Shown here piece by piece: positions 25,328-39,189 of a stretch of 64,000 nucleotides of DNA. How positions within the stretch are numbered: the first letter of the stretch is position 1; each line of letters starts with the position of its first letter. Source of the DNA: Octopus bimaculoides. Lineage: Eukaryota. The position numbers and the translations under genes are program-made. The notes beneath the pieces were generated by a model. It did no database searches. It worked only from the letters and a program-made list of their open reading frames with translations, and had not been told where the DNA came from. The stretch covers positions 98,143,032 to 98,207,031 of the forward strand of contig NC_068987.1 of assembly GCF_001194135.2 (NCBI RefSeq), in the 5' to 3' direction.

Positions 25328-25358
25328 ATTGCAAAATTGATGCTCTTAATTTCACACT
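25328..25358 (-). CDS. 31-nt microexon: (E)CEIKSINFA (phase 1 to 2)
   Basis: gctagttttatag|AG...AT|gtgagt; bridges exon 26360-26459 and exon 3643-3718 in frame. Confidence 0.5.
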
Positions 25359-25371
25359 CTATAAAACTAGC

Positions 25372-26185
25372 AACCGTGGATATGTGGTAAGAAGTTTGGC
25401 TCCTAGCCACACGGTCCCTGGTTCAGTCCCACTACATGACACCTTGGGCAATAGCTCCGCCATAGCTCCGCCATAGCTCCGCCATAGCTCCGGCCCCACC
25501 AAAGCTTTGTGAATGGATTTATTAGACGGAAACTGAAAGAAGTCTGTCACATATATATGTATATGTGTGTGTGTGTGTGTGTGTTTGTATACATATATAT
25601 ATTTACACACACACACACACACACACAGATATATATATATATATGTATATATATACAAGCATATGTGCGTGTGTATATATGTATATATNNNNNNNNNNNN
25701 NNNNNNNNNNNNNNNNNNNNNNNNNNNNNNNNNNNNNNNNNNNNNNNNNNNNNNNNNNNNNNNNNNNNNNNNNNNNNNNNNNNNNNNNNNNNNNNNNNNN
25801 NNNNNNNNNNNNNNNNNNNNNNNNNNNNNNNNNNNNNNNNNNNNNNNNNNNNNNNNNNNNNNNNNNNNNNNNNNNNNNNNNNNNNNNNNNNNNNNNNNNN
25901 NNNNNNNNNNNNNNNNNNTATATATACGTGTGTGTGCGTATGTATGTGCGTGTGTGCGTGTGTGCCTTTGTGCTCATGTTTGTCTCTAGCACCGCTTGCC
26001 AACCGTCGTTGGTTTGTTTATTTTTTAACACGCTCGTAACCTAGCAGTTCGGCACAAGAGAGCGATAGAATATGTACCAAGCTTTGTAAAATTATGAGTA
26101 ATTGGGTCGATTCGTGCGACTGAAACCCTTCAAGGCGGTTTCCCAGCATGCCCACAGTTCAATGTCTGAAAGAAGTAAAAAAAAA
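25372..26185 (+). mobile_element. Full-length SINE family B with expanded central microsatellite (contains a gap)
   Basis: Head and CORE-like part at 25372-25549; 3' half at ~25985-26185. Confidence 0.75.
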
Positions 26186-26359
26186 TCAAAAAAAAAAGGA
26201 AGAAGGAAAGAATAAAATAAATATGAGAGCAATTTCAAAGGGTTCAATTTTATCATCGTGTCGGGATATAAATGTGAATTTCAGTAACTCGAACTGACTG
26301 AATCTTCAGCGTGCTTGGTAGTGAATACTTTTGAAGCCCCTTCTGTCACGGCAGCTCAC

Positions 26360-26459
26360 CTGCATCTGCAATATTATTGTTGACTAAACCCAATGCAATT
26401 CCCAAGCTTTTAAGTAACCGCATGATAGAAGAGAATGAAGAGAGTATTGATATCTGGTC
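26360..26459 (-). CDS. Internal exon: DQISILSSFSSIMRLLKSLGIALGLVNNNIADA (phase 0 to 1)
   Basis: acatacttaacctttaag|GAC...CAG|gtgagc; 100 nt. Confidence 0.6.
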
Positions 26460-27505
26460 CTTAAAGGTTAAGTATGTTTTGCACATAAATGGACACTCGG
26501 TGTATTCGTTTATTTTTGTTTAGCTGGGAGACAGGTTCTTTCGCTTTTACGTTTGTGCATTAGAAATTATGGAGCGGTTTATTTTTTATGTTTTGGTTTC
26601 GAGGGTATTGTTTAGAATGCATTTAATTAATAGAACTTGTTTCGCCTGCAAGTATCCGGCTAATATGCGATTGTTTAAATGTGCTTCTTGTAATAGCATA
26701 GGATGTTTTCCATATTGTCGGCATCCTCCAGATTACAATCGTATTGAACTTTAAAAATTGTGGAGGCGGGATATTTTTTTACATTCTGAATCTGTATTTG
26801 TCCTCTGGTGTTCCAGTAGTAATTTATCGTAGAATAAAGCATCCCACCTCATAGGAATGATTACCCTTTCAGTTACAATCAATACAATTTGTAATATAGA
26901 GGTTCAGGGATGATATTTCAAGAAGTTTCTTCATCTTCGACTGCACGTTCTTGTTTCGAAGTTCATGATTTACAGGATCCATGCACTCTTTTATGCTTGC
27001 ATGCATACATGCACGTATGCATGTATGTATGCATGTATGTATGTATGTGGCTATGTATGTACGCATGCATGTATGTAATGTATGTATGCATATGTATGTG
27101 TGTGTGTAAGCATATATGTTTATGTGTGTATATAAGTGTGAACGTGTTTAAATATGTATCGTGGCGGAATGACGGAATATATGAATGTATGATAATAGAT
27201 TGGCAGTGATATATATGAGAATTAAAAAAGTGGTAAATAGAGAACGATTGGTCCACTGAGACAGTGATCCTCTAATTAAAACTAATTACAAATCTTTTCT
27301 ACACAAACTATTTATTCTCTCCGCCTTTTCTCTTTTTCTTTCTTGTCTTTTCTTATATTCAATCGTTCATTTGATTTATTCATGATGTCTTTTCTTCATG
27401 GAATTCATTTAACGAATGTTCTCTTGAACTAAATTATCTTTCTCTGGTTCTCAATTGCATTATCCCTGTCGCTCTCTGATTCAACGTATGTGTCAATCTC
27501 TCACA

Positions 27506-27563
<58 letters not shown>

Positions 27564-28034
27564 NNNNNNNNNNNNNNNNNNNNNNNNNNNNNNNNNNNNN
27601 NNNNNNNNNNNNNNNNNNNNNNNNNNNNNNNNNNNNNNNNNNNNNNNNNNNNNNNNNNNNNNNNNNNNNNNNNNNNNNNNNNNNNNNNNNNNNNNNNNNN
27701 NNNNNNNNNNNNNNNNNNNNNNNNNNNNNNNNNNNNNNNNNNNNNNNNNNNNNNNNNNNNNNNNNNNNNNNNNNNNNNNNNNNNNNNNNNNNNNNNNNNN
27801 NNNNNNNNNNNNNNNNNNNNNNNNNNNNNNNNNNNNNNNNNNNNNNNNNNNNNNNNNNNNNNNNNNNNNNNNNNNNNNNNNNNNNNNNNNNNNNNNNNNN
27901 NNNNNNNNNNNNNNNNNNNNNNNNNNNNNNNNNNNNNNNNNNNNNNNNNNNNNNNNNNNNNNNNNNNNNNNNNNNNNNNNNNNNNNNNNNNNNNNNNNNN
28001 NNNNNNNNNNNNNNNNNNNNNNNNNNNNNNNNNN

Positions 28035-28087
<53 letters not shown>

Positions 28088-28727
28088 ATATATATATAAT
28101 ATATATATATATGTATTTATATATATATGAGTGTAACTCTCTCCTACATTCCCCATGTCTCTATGCCAACCATTACTCTCCCTTTCTCCCCCGCATTACC
28201 TCCTCGCTATTTGTGCCTCCACCGCATACAATTTCTCTTTTATCTTTTTATTTTCCACTCAACGCTTCTCCCATCCCAACTTAAAACTAATGGCTTTGTT
28301 GGCATTTGATAATTTTGTCTACAGATATCATATTCGCTTTTAGCTGTTGTCATTAATATAGATTCATAGCTATTGCAAATTCTAATAACCCCCTACTCCA
28401 AACTGTCATGGTAGTCAAGTTTATTTATGAAGGCCGTCTCTTTCACTTATCTCATACTTCAACATCCAAACAGTTATAACACAAGCCTACGTGGAGAACC
28501 TCTATGTGGTCACTCGGCGTATAAGTAATAGCAGTCAAGCGTCCTTCGGATCTTGCTCCCTTTAAACAATTCATATTCCCTTTGAACGCATCATGCTCCC
28601 TTTAAACGAGTGAATTCATTGGATATTGTGGTCCTAAGTATATTATATAACAAAAAGAGATTAAAACGCGATGGGCACATCTGGAACAACAACTGGCGAA
28701 ACAATGGCAGCAACAACAATATCTAGA

Positions 28728-28878
28728 CAGGCGCAGGTAAGAAGCATGCTTCAAAACCGCATGATCCTGGGTTCAGTCCCACTGCGTGTCACCTTGGGCA
28801 AGTGTCTTCAACAATAACCTCGTGCCGACCAAAGCCTTGTCAGTGGGTGTAGTACACGGAAACTGAAAGAAACCCTTT
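28728..28878 (+). mobile_element. SINE family B 5' half
   Basis: GGGTTCAGTCCCACTGCGTGTCACCTTGGGCAAGTGTCTTC...GGAAACTGAAAGAAACCC. Confidence 0.85.
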
Positions 28879-28910
28879 GTGTGGTTGTGAGTGTGTGTGA
28901 GTGTGTGTGC

Positions 28911-28944
<34 letters not shown>

Positions 28945-28965
28945 GCGCGCGCGTAATATATATAC

Positions 28966-29009
<44 letters not shown>

Positions 29010-29280
29010 NNNNNNNNNNNNNNNNNNNNNNNNNNNNNNNNNNNNNNNNNNNNNNNNNNNNNNNNNNNNNNNNNNNNNNNNNNNNNNNNNNNNNNNNNNN
29101 NNNNNNNNNNNNNNNNNNNNNNNNNNNNNNNNNNNNNNNNNNNNNNNNNNNNNNNNNNNNNNNNNNNNNNNNNNNNNATATATATATATATACGCATATA
29201 TAATTATTAAACAGGAAAGCAATCATTAAAGCAAGGCAAACAGCTCAAGTAGTATACGATATTATAGGAAGAAATTCAAA

Positions 29281-29336
29281 ATCTTACTGCTGTTTCGGGG
29301 ATTTCCTCGAGTTTGGGATATTCCGTCATCAGAGAC
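29281..29336 (-). ncRNA. Minimal type-I hammerhead-like motif
   Basis: GTCT-CTGATGA-C GGA..TCC CC-GAA-AC(AGCA)GT-A-AGAT; intact core and GUA triplet; the stem II closing pair is mismatched. Confidence 0.55.
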
Positions 29337-29589
29337 AAATTGGGAAAAAAATATGGAAAATGAGAATGGTATATATTGATAAGATGATGAGGTAGAGGAC
29401 GGGAGTAAAAGAATAATGAGATGGAAAGAGATAAGAAAAGAAGAAGCATAAAAGTTCATAGTTCAACTTTCCAAAGTTATAGAAATCAGAACATGAGTCC
29501 TTAGGTGCAATACTGTGTAGATCCATGTGTGTAAGTCCTTAAGTGCAAACCTGTGTATATCCATGTGGGCTAAAATCTTGATATAGTAG

Positions 29590-29708
29590 AAAAAAGACGC
29601 GAACCTATCAAGGTTCAATAACGTTAGATTTGTTCGACTAAGAACCATTCAAGACGGTGCCCCAGCACGGCCGCAATGAAATGACTGAAACAAATAAAAG
29701 ATAAAAAG
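29590..29708 (+). mobile_element. SINE family B 3' tail
   Basis: GATTTGTTCGACTAAG...GGTGCCCCAGCACGGCCGCA..AAATGACTGAAACAAATAAAAG. Confidence 0.7.
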
Positions 29709-30120
29709 AAGTATATAGGTACCTACCAAAAGGATTTCTAGATGGTGGTTATAACACGTGCTAGATATAGCAGTTAAATTCATCTCTAATCACTCCCTGC
29801 TGACGTAATCAAATGGAACGCTTTTAATTGCAAGTCTTCTCTATCAGGGCAAGCCCGTGGCGAAAAGAAATGCTACAACACTACATATATCAATGAATAT
29901 GATTTTTACATTCAGCGAATATGGCGGCGATAGAGAATATTTAGCTCAAATATTTCATTAGTTTTGTTGTCTGTTTTATTGTTTGCTCAGAGAGTTTATA
30001 CAATATTTCTTCTTGAAATCTGGCCCTACATATTTTTTCTTTACTATATTGAAAGCAATGATATTTCTCGGAGAATGTTTGTGTTTGTGTGTACACCACT
30101 TGTTTGTTTGTTTGTTTGTT

Positions 30121-30188
<68 letters not shown>

Positions 30189-30287
30189 TCACTATCTCTC
30201 TATAGAAACCTTTCCATCTGCGAATCTTTCTGCACACATGTCTGTCAGGCTATTTGTTTCTCAGTCCCTTCACACAATATGTGTTGG

Positions 30288-30321
<34 letters not shown>

Positions 30322-30598
30322 TGTATAGATATATAAAAAATATATACATACATATCACAGTGTGCGTGTGTGTATACATGTGTATATATTCAGAAAAAAA
30401 TGCTATTAAGAGAAAACTTGGCGTCGCGATTCACTGAAGCTTCAAATTAAAATAAATGAATAAGCACTAATGCATATATTAGTTACTTTATATCTTATTC
30501 ACACATCCAAATACACCCCTTCACTCACACACAGCACACACATACCTTTCTGTTTCTGTACGTGTGTAACCACCTCTGACTGCCTGCCTGCCTGTCTG

Positions 30599-30687
<89 letters not shown>

Positions 30688-31183
30688 GTCTATCTGTCTA
30701 TCTGTCTCTCTGTCTATATATATATAGATATGTATGCTTGTGTTAACCATCTTGGATTTTCTCCCAAAACTCCCATCTATTCTACTCCTAGCATCTGATA
30801 AGATGGGGCGAGTTCTATGCATTCATACATATAACTTGAGATTTATACAACGCTTTTTAATCTTCTTTGTAGCACAAAGCTTTCATTTTCTCTAGGCAAC
30901 CCATTTTAACTGTCCAGTTACATATTATCCCCTGTGATATCAAATCTGTTGTGGAATGAACTGACACCCCCGGCACGTGACTGTCAGTGGACTAAACGAG
31001 TCTTAAAAACAGATGAGCCAGTAGCCAGTTGAGGTTGAACTGTGAAAGCGTTAGTCTCGGTATTGATTCTGCGTTGGAGTATTGGATTGTTATTGTGAGA
31101 GCGGTTATAATAAGATAACCAACCATGGTTATATTGTTTATTTTTATTGTTATACGGTTAGATTTTGGTACTGTGATATATTG

Positions 31184-31241
<58 letters not shown>

Positions 31242-31988
31242 CATATATCATCATTGCCGATATAACAAAATACACGACTGGTATCGCCTTTTATATAAAC
31301 TGCATGCATGCTCCTCATTATATATCAATCTCATATAGAAAATTGAGATATAAATGATTCATACACTTCATACGGAGCACCTCTCTGCCCTGTCTATTTT
31401 GCTATCTAAATGTCTCCTCTGATGTCTCGAAACAGCAAACGTTTTCGACTATCTGCCATCCTGCATTGAAAAAATCTATGTAATACCACCTCTGTCGTAG
31501 CTTATTATTTTACCGTTGGGCACATTGAGTAATTTTACGGTAGACTCACAATTTCAGAAGGCAAATGCTTGTCTCTATGCTATGTTCGTGTATGTTGGAT
31601 ATCGAGTGCATTAGTTTTCCCGAAGGTTTGTAATGCAGCTTCTTAGCTCTTTTCTTAAACAAACCACACCAATTGCGCTGTTGCAAATTCCGTGTCGCTT
31701 CTTCTCTTAAAATATATACGTTTTAAACTGTCTGCGTCGACTTTCCAAATACTCATCGTCTATTTTATTTTTACCTTCAAACACCGTTTACAAGATATTT
31801 TGATCAAATAAAATTATTTGCTCAATAAATGGCTACTACACCAAACACTGTATGCCCTTGAAACTATCCAGCATATTTAACGTACATTAAAAATATAAAA
31901 ACAGCAACACCGGCTGCCAAACGGTAGTGGAGATAAGCAGAAACGCACACATTCTGTCGCTCTCTCACACACATAAACACACACACAG

Positions 31989-32060
<72 letters not shown>

Positions 32061-32694
32061 GCACACACACGCACACACATAACTCTTAATTTTCCGCTGA
32101 CGATCATTGCCGGTATATATGCTCGACCTTCGTCGTTCTGCTTCAAGCAGTAAAGCGAATGACTTCCAGAAATGTCCATGCTTCAAACGCGAATTCTTCA
32201 AATAGTTCACGCGTTGTTCTGTCTCTTGGTCTACAGGTGAAAAACTACATACAATGTGAGCAGAACTTCACCTAATTTAAATAAAAAAAAAGAAAAGAAA
32301 AGGAAAAACATGAAACATGGAAAAACATAAAACATATTATCCATTCACAAACTCGTAGGCAAAATTACTGGTCGGAGTTAAAACGCAACTGCATCCGTAT
32401 CTAGCATGTAATAACATTTTGTGATTCCTGTTTCCGAATATGTACCTTTTCTCAGGATTTCAGTAAGCTGTAACTGTTATCAAGATATTATGAAAGAATT
32501 GTAACAGTGGAAGAGAAACATTAATTTTTAAAAAAAATGTCATGCAAGCATAATTTACAGAATTAGAGGTATAGCACTATTATTACTACTAGTTTCCAGG
32601 GGCCAGTATAGATTAAGCGTTAAACAATTATCATAAGTATCTATCTTAAGTCTACGAGAAAATATTAACAATAGTTGTTGAAATGGTAGAATAT

Positions 32695-33048
32695 GTTGTT
32701 ATTGTTGGCACTCCGTCGCTTACGACGTCGAGAGTTCCAGTTGATCCGATCAACGGAACAGCCTGCTCGTGAAATTAATGTGCAAGTGGCTGAGCACTCC
32801 TCAGACACGTGTACCCTTAACGTAGTTCTCGGGGATATTCAGCGTGTCACAGTGTGATAAGGCTGACCCTTTGAATTACAGGCACAACAGAAACTCAGGA
32901 AGTAAGAGAAAGTTGTGGTGAAAGAGTACAGCAGGGTTCGCCACCATCTCCTGCCGGAGCCTCGTGGAGCTTTAGGTGTTTTCGCTCAATAAACACTCAC
33001 AACGCCCGGTCTGGGAATCGAAACCGCGTTCCTATGACCGTTGCTAAA
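32695..33048 (-). mobile_element. SINE family D (tRNA-derived head, long body)
   Basis: Reverse complement starts CGGTCATAGG..CGCGGTTTCGATTCCCAGACCGGGCG; head also at 58228-58304, part of body at 43020-43075. Confidence 0.85.
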
Positions 33049-33753
33049 AGGGTAAGTAAANNNNNNNNNNNNNNNNNNNNNNNNNNNNNNNNNNNNNNNN
33101 NNNNNNNNNNNNNNNNNNNNNNNNNNNNNNNNNNNNNNNNNNNNNNNNNNNNNNNNNNNNNNNNNNNNNNNNNNNNNNNNNNNNNNNNNNNNNNNNNNNN
33201 NNNNNNNNNNNNNNNNNNNNNNNNNNNNNNNNNNNNNNNNNNNNNNNNNNNNNNNNNNNNNNNNNNNNNNNNNNNNNNNNNNNNNNNNNNNNNNNNNNNN
33301 NNNNNNNNNNNNNNNNNNNNNNNNNNNNNNNNNNNNNNNNNNNNNNNNNNNNNNNNNNNNNNNNNNNNNNNNNNNNNNNNNNNNNNNNNNNNNNNNNNNN
33401 NNNNNNNNNNNNNNNNNNNNNNNNNNNNNNNNNNNNNNNNNNNNNNNNNNNNNNNNNNNNNNNNNNNNNNNNNNNNNNNNNNNNNNNNNNNNNNNNNNNN
33501 NNNNNNNNNNNNNNNNNNNNNNNNNNNNNNNNNNNNNNNNNNNNNNNNNNNNNNNNNNNNNNNNNNNNNNNNNNNNNNNNNNNNNNNNNNNNNNNNNNNN
33601 NNNNNNNNNNNNNNNNNNNNNNNNNNNNNNNNNNNNNNNNNNNNNNNNNNNNNNNNNNNNNNNNNNNNNNNNNNNNNNNNNNNNNNNNNNNNNNNNNNNN
33701 NNNNNNNNNNNNNNNNNNNNNNNNNNNNNNNNNNNNNNNNNNNNNNNNNNNNN

Positions 33754-33794
<41 letters not shown>

Positions 33795-34339
33795 AGTGTA
33801 AAATGGTTGAAACCCAAACGAAAAGATTTTTCGCATTGTGTTTCTGATTAACTGCAAAAGTATCTTTGGCAAGAAAAAAAAAAAAAGGAATTATCGAATT
33901 TTTTTAAGAGCTTACACTAAAACAAAGATTTTTGTCTCCATATTTTTGAAAACAAAATAACTTGAATTCATAAACTTTATTGCTTTACTTCATTAATTGA
34001 AAATTCATCGTGCTTCTCCTCTGAAGTGCATAAATAAATGATAACGTATTCCCAAAGCACGGCGCGGTGATAATATACATGAGGTTGAGACGTCCTGCTG
34101 GAAAATACAGAGATTAATATTGATTTCATATAAAAAAATGCATTGCCTTAAGCTATTTTCCATTGAAATTTGAAATAACATTTCTCACGTCCTCCTCCTT
34201 TACATAAAAATGAAGAAATTGACTCCATGTTCATAAATATATCTTATCTTTTACTTGTTGCAATGATTGAACTACAGACATGATAGGGAACCACCATCAA
34301 AAGTTGAGTCGGACTACTTAGCTCTTTAAGTCTATGCAT

Positions 34340-34880
34340 GATTATTTATATATCTATCTGACTGTGTCAACATCCAACGCCACTGAACGTGAGGCCTTCA
34401 ATTTCTCTTTCTAGAAAGTGGCCTTGGCACATTTATCAAGACCAGACTCCATCCCAATGTCATCAGTGAATGCTTTCACAGAACGTAGTAGTTCTTCAAG
34501 CTCATTATCGTCTTTGCCATAGAGTTTTAAGTCATCCATATAAAACAGATGACTTATTTTCTTGTCACCAATTAATATGCATACCCCGTTCTGTTAAGTT
34601 CTCTTGTAAGGAATAATAGGGCCATGCAGAAAATTAAAGGTGGAAATGAGTCACCTTGGAAAATGCCGCAGTTGATGTTAATATTTTTGGGGGTTAGTAC
34701 TCTATTAGAGTGGTATAAATTGGAGGTTCGTATTCCACATTGATATGTGCTACAGGAAGTTTGAAACCACAGGAGAAATTTTGAAGATATAAAGCGATTT
34801 CAAGATCCATGGATGCGGTATGCTTCGAACGCTTTTTGCAATCAATCGATGCAGAACTGAGATTACTGCGTTTGCTATAC
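34340..34880 (-). mobile_element. Non-LTR retrotransposon RT fragment, R4/Dong-like
   Basis: SIPHPWILKSL.IFKISP...NINCGIFQGDSFPPLIFCMAL...ISHLFYMDDLKLYGK...DIGMESGLDKCAK, with stops. Confidence 0.85.
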
Positions 34881-35509
34881 AACCATCGACTGAGTAACAG
34901 TCCCACATACAACTTGAACAGATACACATATCAGTACATAAACAAACGTTCACATGTTCATACACATTTACACACAGACAAACACGTCTACACACTTACA
35001 TACCTAAATACTTAGGTACATACATACATACATACATACATATGAACTAACTGTTACCTTCTCAGATGCAGCATGGGATTTTGTCAGTGAACAGGTCGCG
35101 GTTTCAAAGTGACGAAAATATTCTGACAAATTAAATTTAGAATTTAAATTTGAAGTGAATCTAACGGTTTTTGTGTGTTTTTAGATGACTTATAAACACT
35201 TTCCACGCTGCAATTATTTTTATTTACAAATTGTAAAATTCGGCACCGCTTACTAAAAATTCGTAGAAAACGCACATGGAACGTTTGGTTACAAAAACAA
35301 CACTATGAAATTATAGTTCTTAAATCTGACAGAAGGAAGCTAGAGTGCGTTAGTGTAAATAGTAGCACACTTATCCCGAATAAAAAGAGGTGTATTTTCC
35401 CATGCGTACTTCAAACTCTACTTTTTTCCGTCGAGGCCTTATATGCGCCAATATTAGTCTTAGTCAATATATGGTGACCGCTTATAATCTTTATGCTCAT
35501 AAAAATAAA

Positions 35510-35557
<48 letters not shown>

Positions 35558-35709
35558 TTATGTTTGACTTTTGTTTTGCATTTGTACAAGTTGGATCCAA
35601 GTCTCACCCAGAGACCTCAAGAGACAACAAGTTAGAAGTTCATGTAGGTGTTATGCCTAGGGTACCATATATTTGGATTTGTACAGTTATTATTATTAAT
35701 ATTATTATC

Positions 35710-35763
<54 letters not shown>

Positions 35764-36052
35764 TGCAAACTGTAAAATTCGGCACTGCTTACAAAATAAC
35801 ACACACACACATAAACACATGTATATTTGTATTCATGTATGAATACATACACACTCATATGCTCGTTTAGTCGAAACAAATGGCAGCTCCGATGGGCCAT
35901 AGAAACTGTGGAAGGGATAGAGAAAAGTATTCTCGAGCCACAAACCTGGCCCGAAAACTTGCATCAAGGGCGGAATGAAAGTGTCGGACCAGGCAACGGA
36001 TTAAACCAAAACCGAAACAGAAGGAAACAATGAAAGGCTACGTAGTTCCGTT

Positions 36053-36085
<33 letters not shown>

Positions 36086-36828
36086 TATTTTTCATTATAT
36101 AGAGAATATAACGTAGCTTCTTTATTCAAAACGATTGAAGAAGAACTCTCATAAAGAAATGATTCTCTGGACTATATTGTCTTACCTACTTATTTATGTC
36201 AAAGTAATTTCCTTAAACATCTCAGCGGATATCTGTTTGTTTAATTTTAGGAGTGCAAAGGATTGTTGACTAGTTTGATGTTGAAGCAAATCATTCTAAA
36301 GGTTGGCCTCTATAGTATTGGGGGAATAGAATAGCTTTAATTACATTATGCAGATGCTGAAACGTGGATTGATTCAATGCGAAGTAGGCGCAAACAGTCA
36401 AATATCTCTGATTCTCTAAATGGCCACATGACAAAGAGAATTCATTCTATGTATGTATGTATGGTAAGAGACAAACATTTTAATGCCTGAAATGTATGTT
36501 CAGAACTAAAAGAGAGCGATCAATCCTTGGAAGCAAACGTAAGGCAACAGTAGAAGAAATAATGCAGCATATTATTCAAATAACGAAAATAAACACTTAA
36601 AACAACGAAATAGTAGAACCTACTCTCAAGATAAATACGATGAACTTAAGTAATCGAAACATTTAAACTTCTAAACTGTCTCTCAGATGTACATAAATAA
36701 ATATATGCGTGCGTGTATACATATACATACACTTGTATACATATTATCTCACACGTATAGATAAGAAACTCTGCTATTCAAGACATACAAGACACATTCA
36801 TATAATCACATATACATCCTGATGTGTG

Positions 36829-36874
<46 letters not shown>

Positions 36875-37914
36875 NNNNNNNNNNNNNNNNNNNNNNNNNN
36901 NNNNNNNNNNNNNNNNNNNNNNNNNNNNNNNNNNNNNNNNNNNNNNNNNNNNNNNNNNNNNNNNNNNNNNNNNNNNNNNNNNNNNNNNNNNNNNNNNNNN
37001 NNNNNNNNNNNNNNNNNNNNNNNNNNNNNNNNNNNNNNNNNNNNNNNNNNNNNNNNNNNNNNNNNNNNNNNNNNNNNNNNNNNNNNNNNNNNNNNNNNNN
37101 NNNNNNNNNNNNNNNNNNNNNNNNNNNNNNNNNNNNNNNNNNNNNNNNNNNNNNNNNNNNNNNNNNNNNNNNNNNNNNNNNNNNNNNNNNNNNNNNNNNN
37201 NNNNNNNNNNNNNNNNNNNNNNNNNNNNNNNNNNNNNNNNNNNNNNNNNNNNNNNNNNNNNNNNNNNNNNNNNNNNNNNNNNNNNNNNNNNNNNNNNNNN
37301 NNNNNNNNNNNNNNNNNNNNNNNNNNNNNNNNNNNNNNNNNNNNNNNNNNNNNNNNNNNNNNNNNNNNNNNNNNNNNNNNNNNNNNNNNNNNNNNNNNNN
37401 NNNNNNNNNNNNNNNNNNNNNNNNNNNNNNNNNNNNNNNNNNNNNNNNNNNNNNNNNNNNNNNNNNNNNNNNNNNNNNNNNNNNNNNNNNNNNNNNNNNN
37501 NNNNNNNNNNNNNNNNNNNNNNNNNNNNNNNNNNNNNNNNNNNNNNNNNNNNNNNNNNNNNNNNNNNNNNNNNNNNNNNNNNNNNNNNNNNNNNNNNNNN
37601 NNNNNNNNNNNNNNNNNNNNNNNNNNNNNNNNNNNNNNNNNNNNNNNNNNNNNNNNNNNNNNNNNNNNNNNNNNNNNNNNNNNNNNNNNNNNNNNNNNNN
37701 NNNNNNNNNNNNNNNNNNNNNNNNNNNNNNNNNNNNNNNNNNNNNNNNNNNNNNNNNNNNNNNNNNNNNNNNNNNNNNNNTATATAAGGGCATTATTATA
37801 AAATAATACCTCACGCTTAGAGGGACTTAATAAGTCAAAACTACCAAAATAAGCACATGTTTACCGATCGCGAGGAATACATATATATATATATATATAT
37901 AAATATATATATAT

Positions 37915-38070
37915 ACGACAGGCTTCTTTCAGTTTCTGTCTACCAAATCCACTCACAAGGCTTTGTTCGGCCCGAGGCTATAGTAGAAGACACTAGCCCA
38001 AGGTGCCACGCAGTGGGAATGAACCCGGACCCATGTGGTTGGTAAGCAAGCTACTTACCACACAGCTACT
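37915..38070 (-). mobile_element. SINE family B 5' half; tail fragment at 38112-38165
   Basis: Aligns by eye to 62448-62601. Confidence 0.85.
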
Positions 38071-39155
38071 GTGACAAATAAAATATAAAACGTCTCTCTT
38101 CTATTATATCGTACTCTTTTATTCATTTACTTGTTTCAGCCATTTGACTGCGGCCATGCTAGAGCATCGCATATTCACTTCTACAATATAAAAACCAACC
38201 ACAATACTAAACACCAATCAATTGCAAGCAATAACACATCTATTCATTATGTCGACCAAATACAATGGAATATTTACCCATTAATTCAATCACTTGTTTA
38301 CAACCTTTCTTTTCCTATGCCATTAACTAAGGAATTTCCACCAATGCTCCATGGCGTGTTAGTTCACTTCCTTACTCTAACGTTTTAACCGTAAATGAAG
38401 CGTACATGTTGAACCAAAAGATCAGTTAAACTTTTCTATACTCTTGGCATAAAACGAGTTATATTCGCTTCGTATACTAACCAAATCTCAGCTGGAAATA
38501 GGAAAAGCTCAACATTAACCAGACTATTAAAACTCTCTACACACACACACACGTATACACACACACATACACGCATACACACATACACGCACACAAAGAT
38601 AAACATACACGCAACAAACAAATGGCTAATAAAGCTCTCTCTCTCTCTTTTACTCTGGTTCTTTGAAACCTCACGCTCGCTTGCATACACAGACATACAC
38701 ACACACACACGTATATAGATACACATATCTATATACGTATATNNNNNNNNNNNNNNNNNNNNNNNNNNNNNNNNNNNNNNNNNNNNNNNNNNNNNNNNNN
38801 NNNNNNNNNNNNNNNNNNNNNNNNNNNNNNNNNNNNNNNNNNNNNNNNNNNNNNNNNNNNNNNNNNNNNNNNNNNNNNNNNNNNNNNNNNNNNNNNNNNN
38901 NNNNNNNNNNNNNNNNNNNNNNNNNNNNNNNNNNNNNNNNNNNNNNNNNNNNNNNNNNNNNNNNNNNNNNNNNNNNNNNNNNNNNNNNNNNNNNNNNNNN
39001 NNNNNNNNNNNNNNNNNNNNNNNNNNNNNNNNNNNNNNNNNNNNNNNNNNNNNNNNNNNNNNNNNNNNNNNNNNNNNNNNNNNNNNNNNNNNNNNNNNNN
39101 NNNNNNNNNNNNNNNNNNNNNNNNNNNNNNNNNNNNNNNNNNNACCACCACCACC

Positions 39156-39189
<34 letters not shown>

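Noticed and set aside
26690-26770. PPDYNRIEL resembling the Tc1 SPDLNPIE motif
   Set aside because: Too short and degenerate to call.
32090-32240. CpG-rich segment with open frames on both strands
   Set aside because: No consistent splice pair fitting the gene chain and no recognisable product.
36251-36301. Plus-strand exon-like ECKGLLTSLMLKQIILK
   Set aside because: Isolated; moderate donor; opposite strand to the supported chain.
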